Source: Phoronis australis (Eukaryota; Animalia; Phoronida). From it: a stretch of DNA of 64,000 nt. Positions within the stretch are counted from its first letter, which is position 1. Every line of letters starts with the position of its first letter. The stretch is from the NCBI GenBank assembly GCA_002633005.1, contig NMRA01000098.1, positions 763,186-827,185 of the forward strand, given 5' to 3'. The position numbers and the translations under genes were made by a program. Below are positions 63,105-64,000 of the stretch, in pieces. Below the pieces are notes generated by a model that had not been told where the DNA came from, searched no databases, and worked only from the letters and a program-made list of their open reading frames with translations.

Positions 63105-64000
63105 AAGGATTTCCTATAGGAATCCTGTAGGAATTTTCTATTGGATATCCTATTGGATCCTATAGGAACCTATGGGACTTCCTATTGGATCATATAGCAT
63201 TTCTTATTGGATCCTATAGGATTTCCTATAGGAATCCTCTAGGGTTTCTATAGGAATCGTATAGGATTTTCTGTTGGATTCTATAGGAATCCTATGATTT
63301 CCTATAAGATTTCTTATAGGAATTCCTATTCGATCCTATAGGATTTCCTAGTAGGAATCCTTTAGGATTTCCTATAGGATATTTTTATAGGAAATCCTAT
63401 AGGAACCTATGGGTTTCTATAGGAATCGTATAGGATTTTCTATTGGATCCTATAGGATTTCCTATAAAATCCTATAGGAACCTATGGGTTTCTATAGGAA
63501 TCGTATAGGATTTTCTATTGGATCCTATAGGATTTCCTATTGGATCCTATAGGAAATCTAATAGGATCCTATAAGATTTCCTAAAGCATCCAGTCGGTAG
63601 GAAAGCCTATAGAAATCCTTTAGGATATCCTATGAGAAACCCTATAGGAATTCGTATAAGACTTGAATATATCTAGTAGGCAGTTCAATAGGATTCTATA
63701 GGAAGTTCAACAGGATTCTATGAAGCAGTTAACATACATGTATTAAGACTCGCCTGAATATTAAAGTTTACGAAAATTAATGACTTAGAAGAGCTGAAAT
63801 TAGTTAAAAACAAATCGATATTTTACCATATAGTCTTAGGCTCTTTGTTTGTGAAAATGCTTAGAAATCAGATTTGTGATTAAATTCCTGTAGGATTTTT
63901 TCAGCAGGAATCCTTTTAGGATATATTGAACCTATCGATATTCCTATAGGTATTTATATAGGAATTCGTAGGAAAACCTATCCTGTAGGAATCCTTTAGG
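63105..64000. repeat. Degenerate short-period satellite built on the palindrome TCCTATAGGA; runs off the window
   Basis: Dozens of variants of ggatttcctataggaatcc and ggatcctatagga. Confidence 0.9.

Overview
This is AT-rich, intron-containing animal (invertebrate-like) nuclear DNA, not prokaryotic, and most ORFs in the six-frame track are spurious. Genes I could reconstruct from splice sites and reading frame: a 15-coding-exon UVRAG on the minus strand (732 aa); LAMTOR4 on the plus strand (98 aa), head-to-head with UVRAG across a short bidirectional promoter carrying MiT/TFE-type E-boxes; a divergent 4-exon SUMO (96 aa); an intronless DUF6314-like ORF; the probable last exon of an upstream gene; and an unrecognised 537-aa membrane protein with 21 uninterrupted 11-residue amphipathic repeats. 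Introns and intergenic DNA are packed with non-autonomous transposons. These include Helentron-associated (HINE-like) elements whose ~147-bp tandem units each carry a CTCF-like motif, TAGGCAA-ended fold-back elements with 9-bp TSDs, a 5-kb Academ-like element whose arms are 301-bp satellite arrays, and a miniature LTR retrotransposon plus solo LTR whose LTR contains a tRNA-like Pol III promoter. All homology calls come from recognising motifs by eye; no searches were run.
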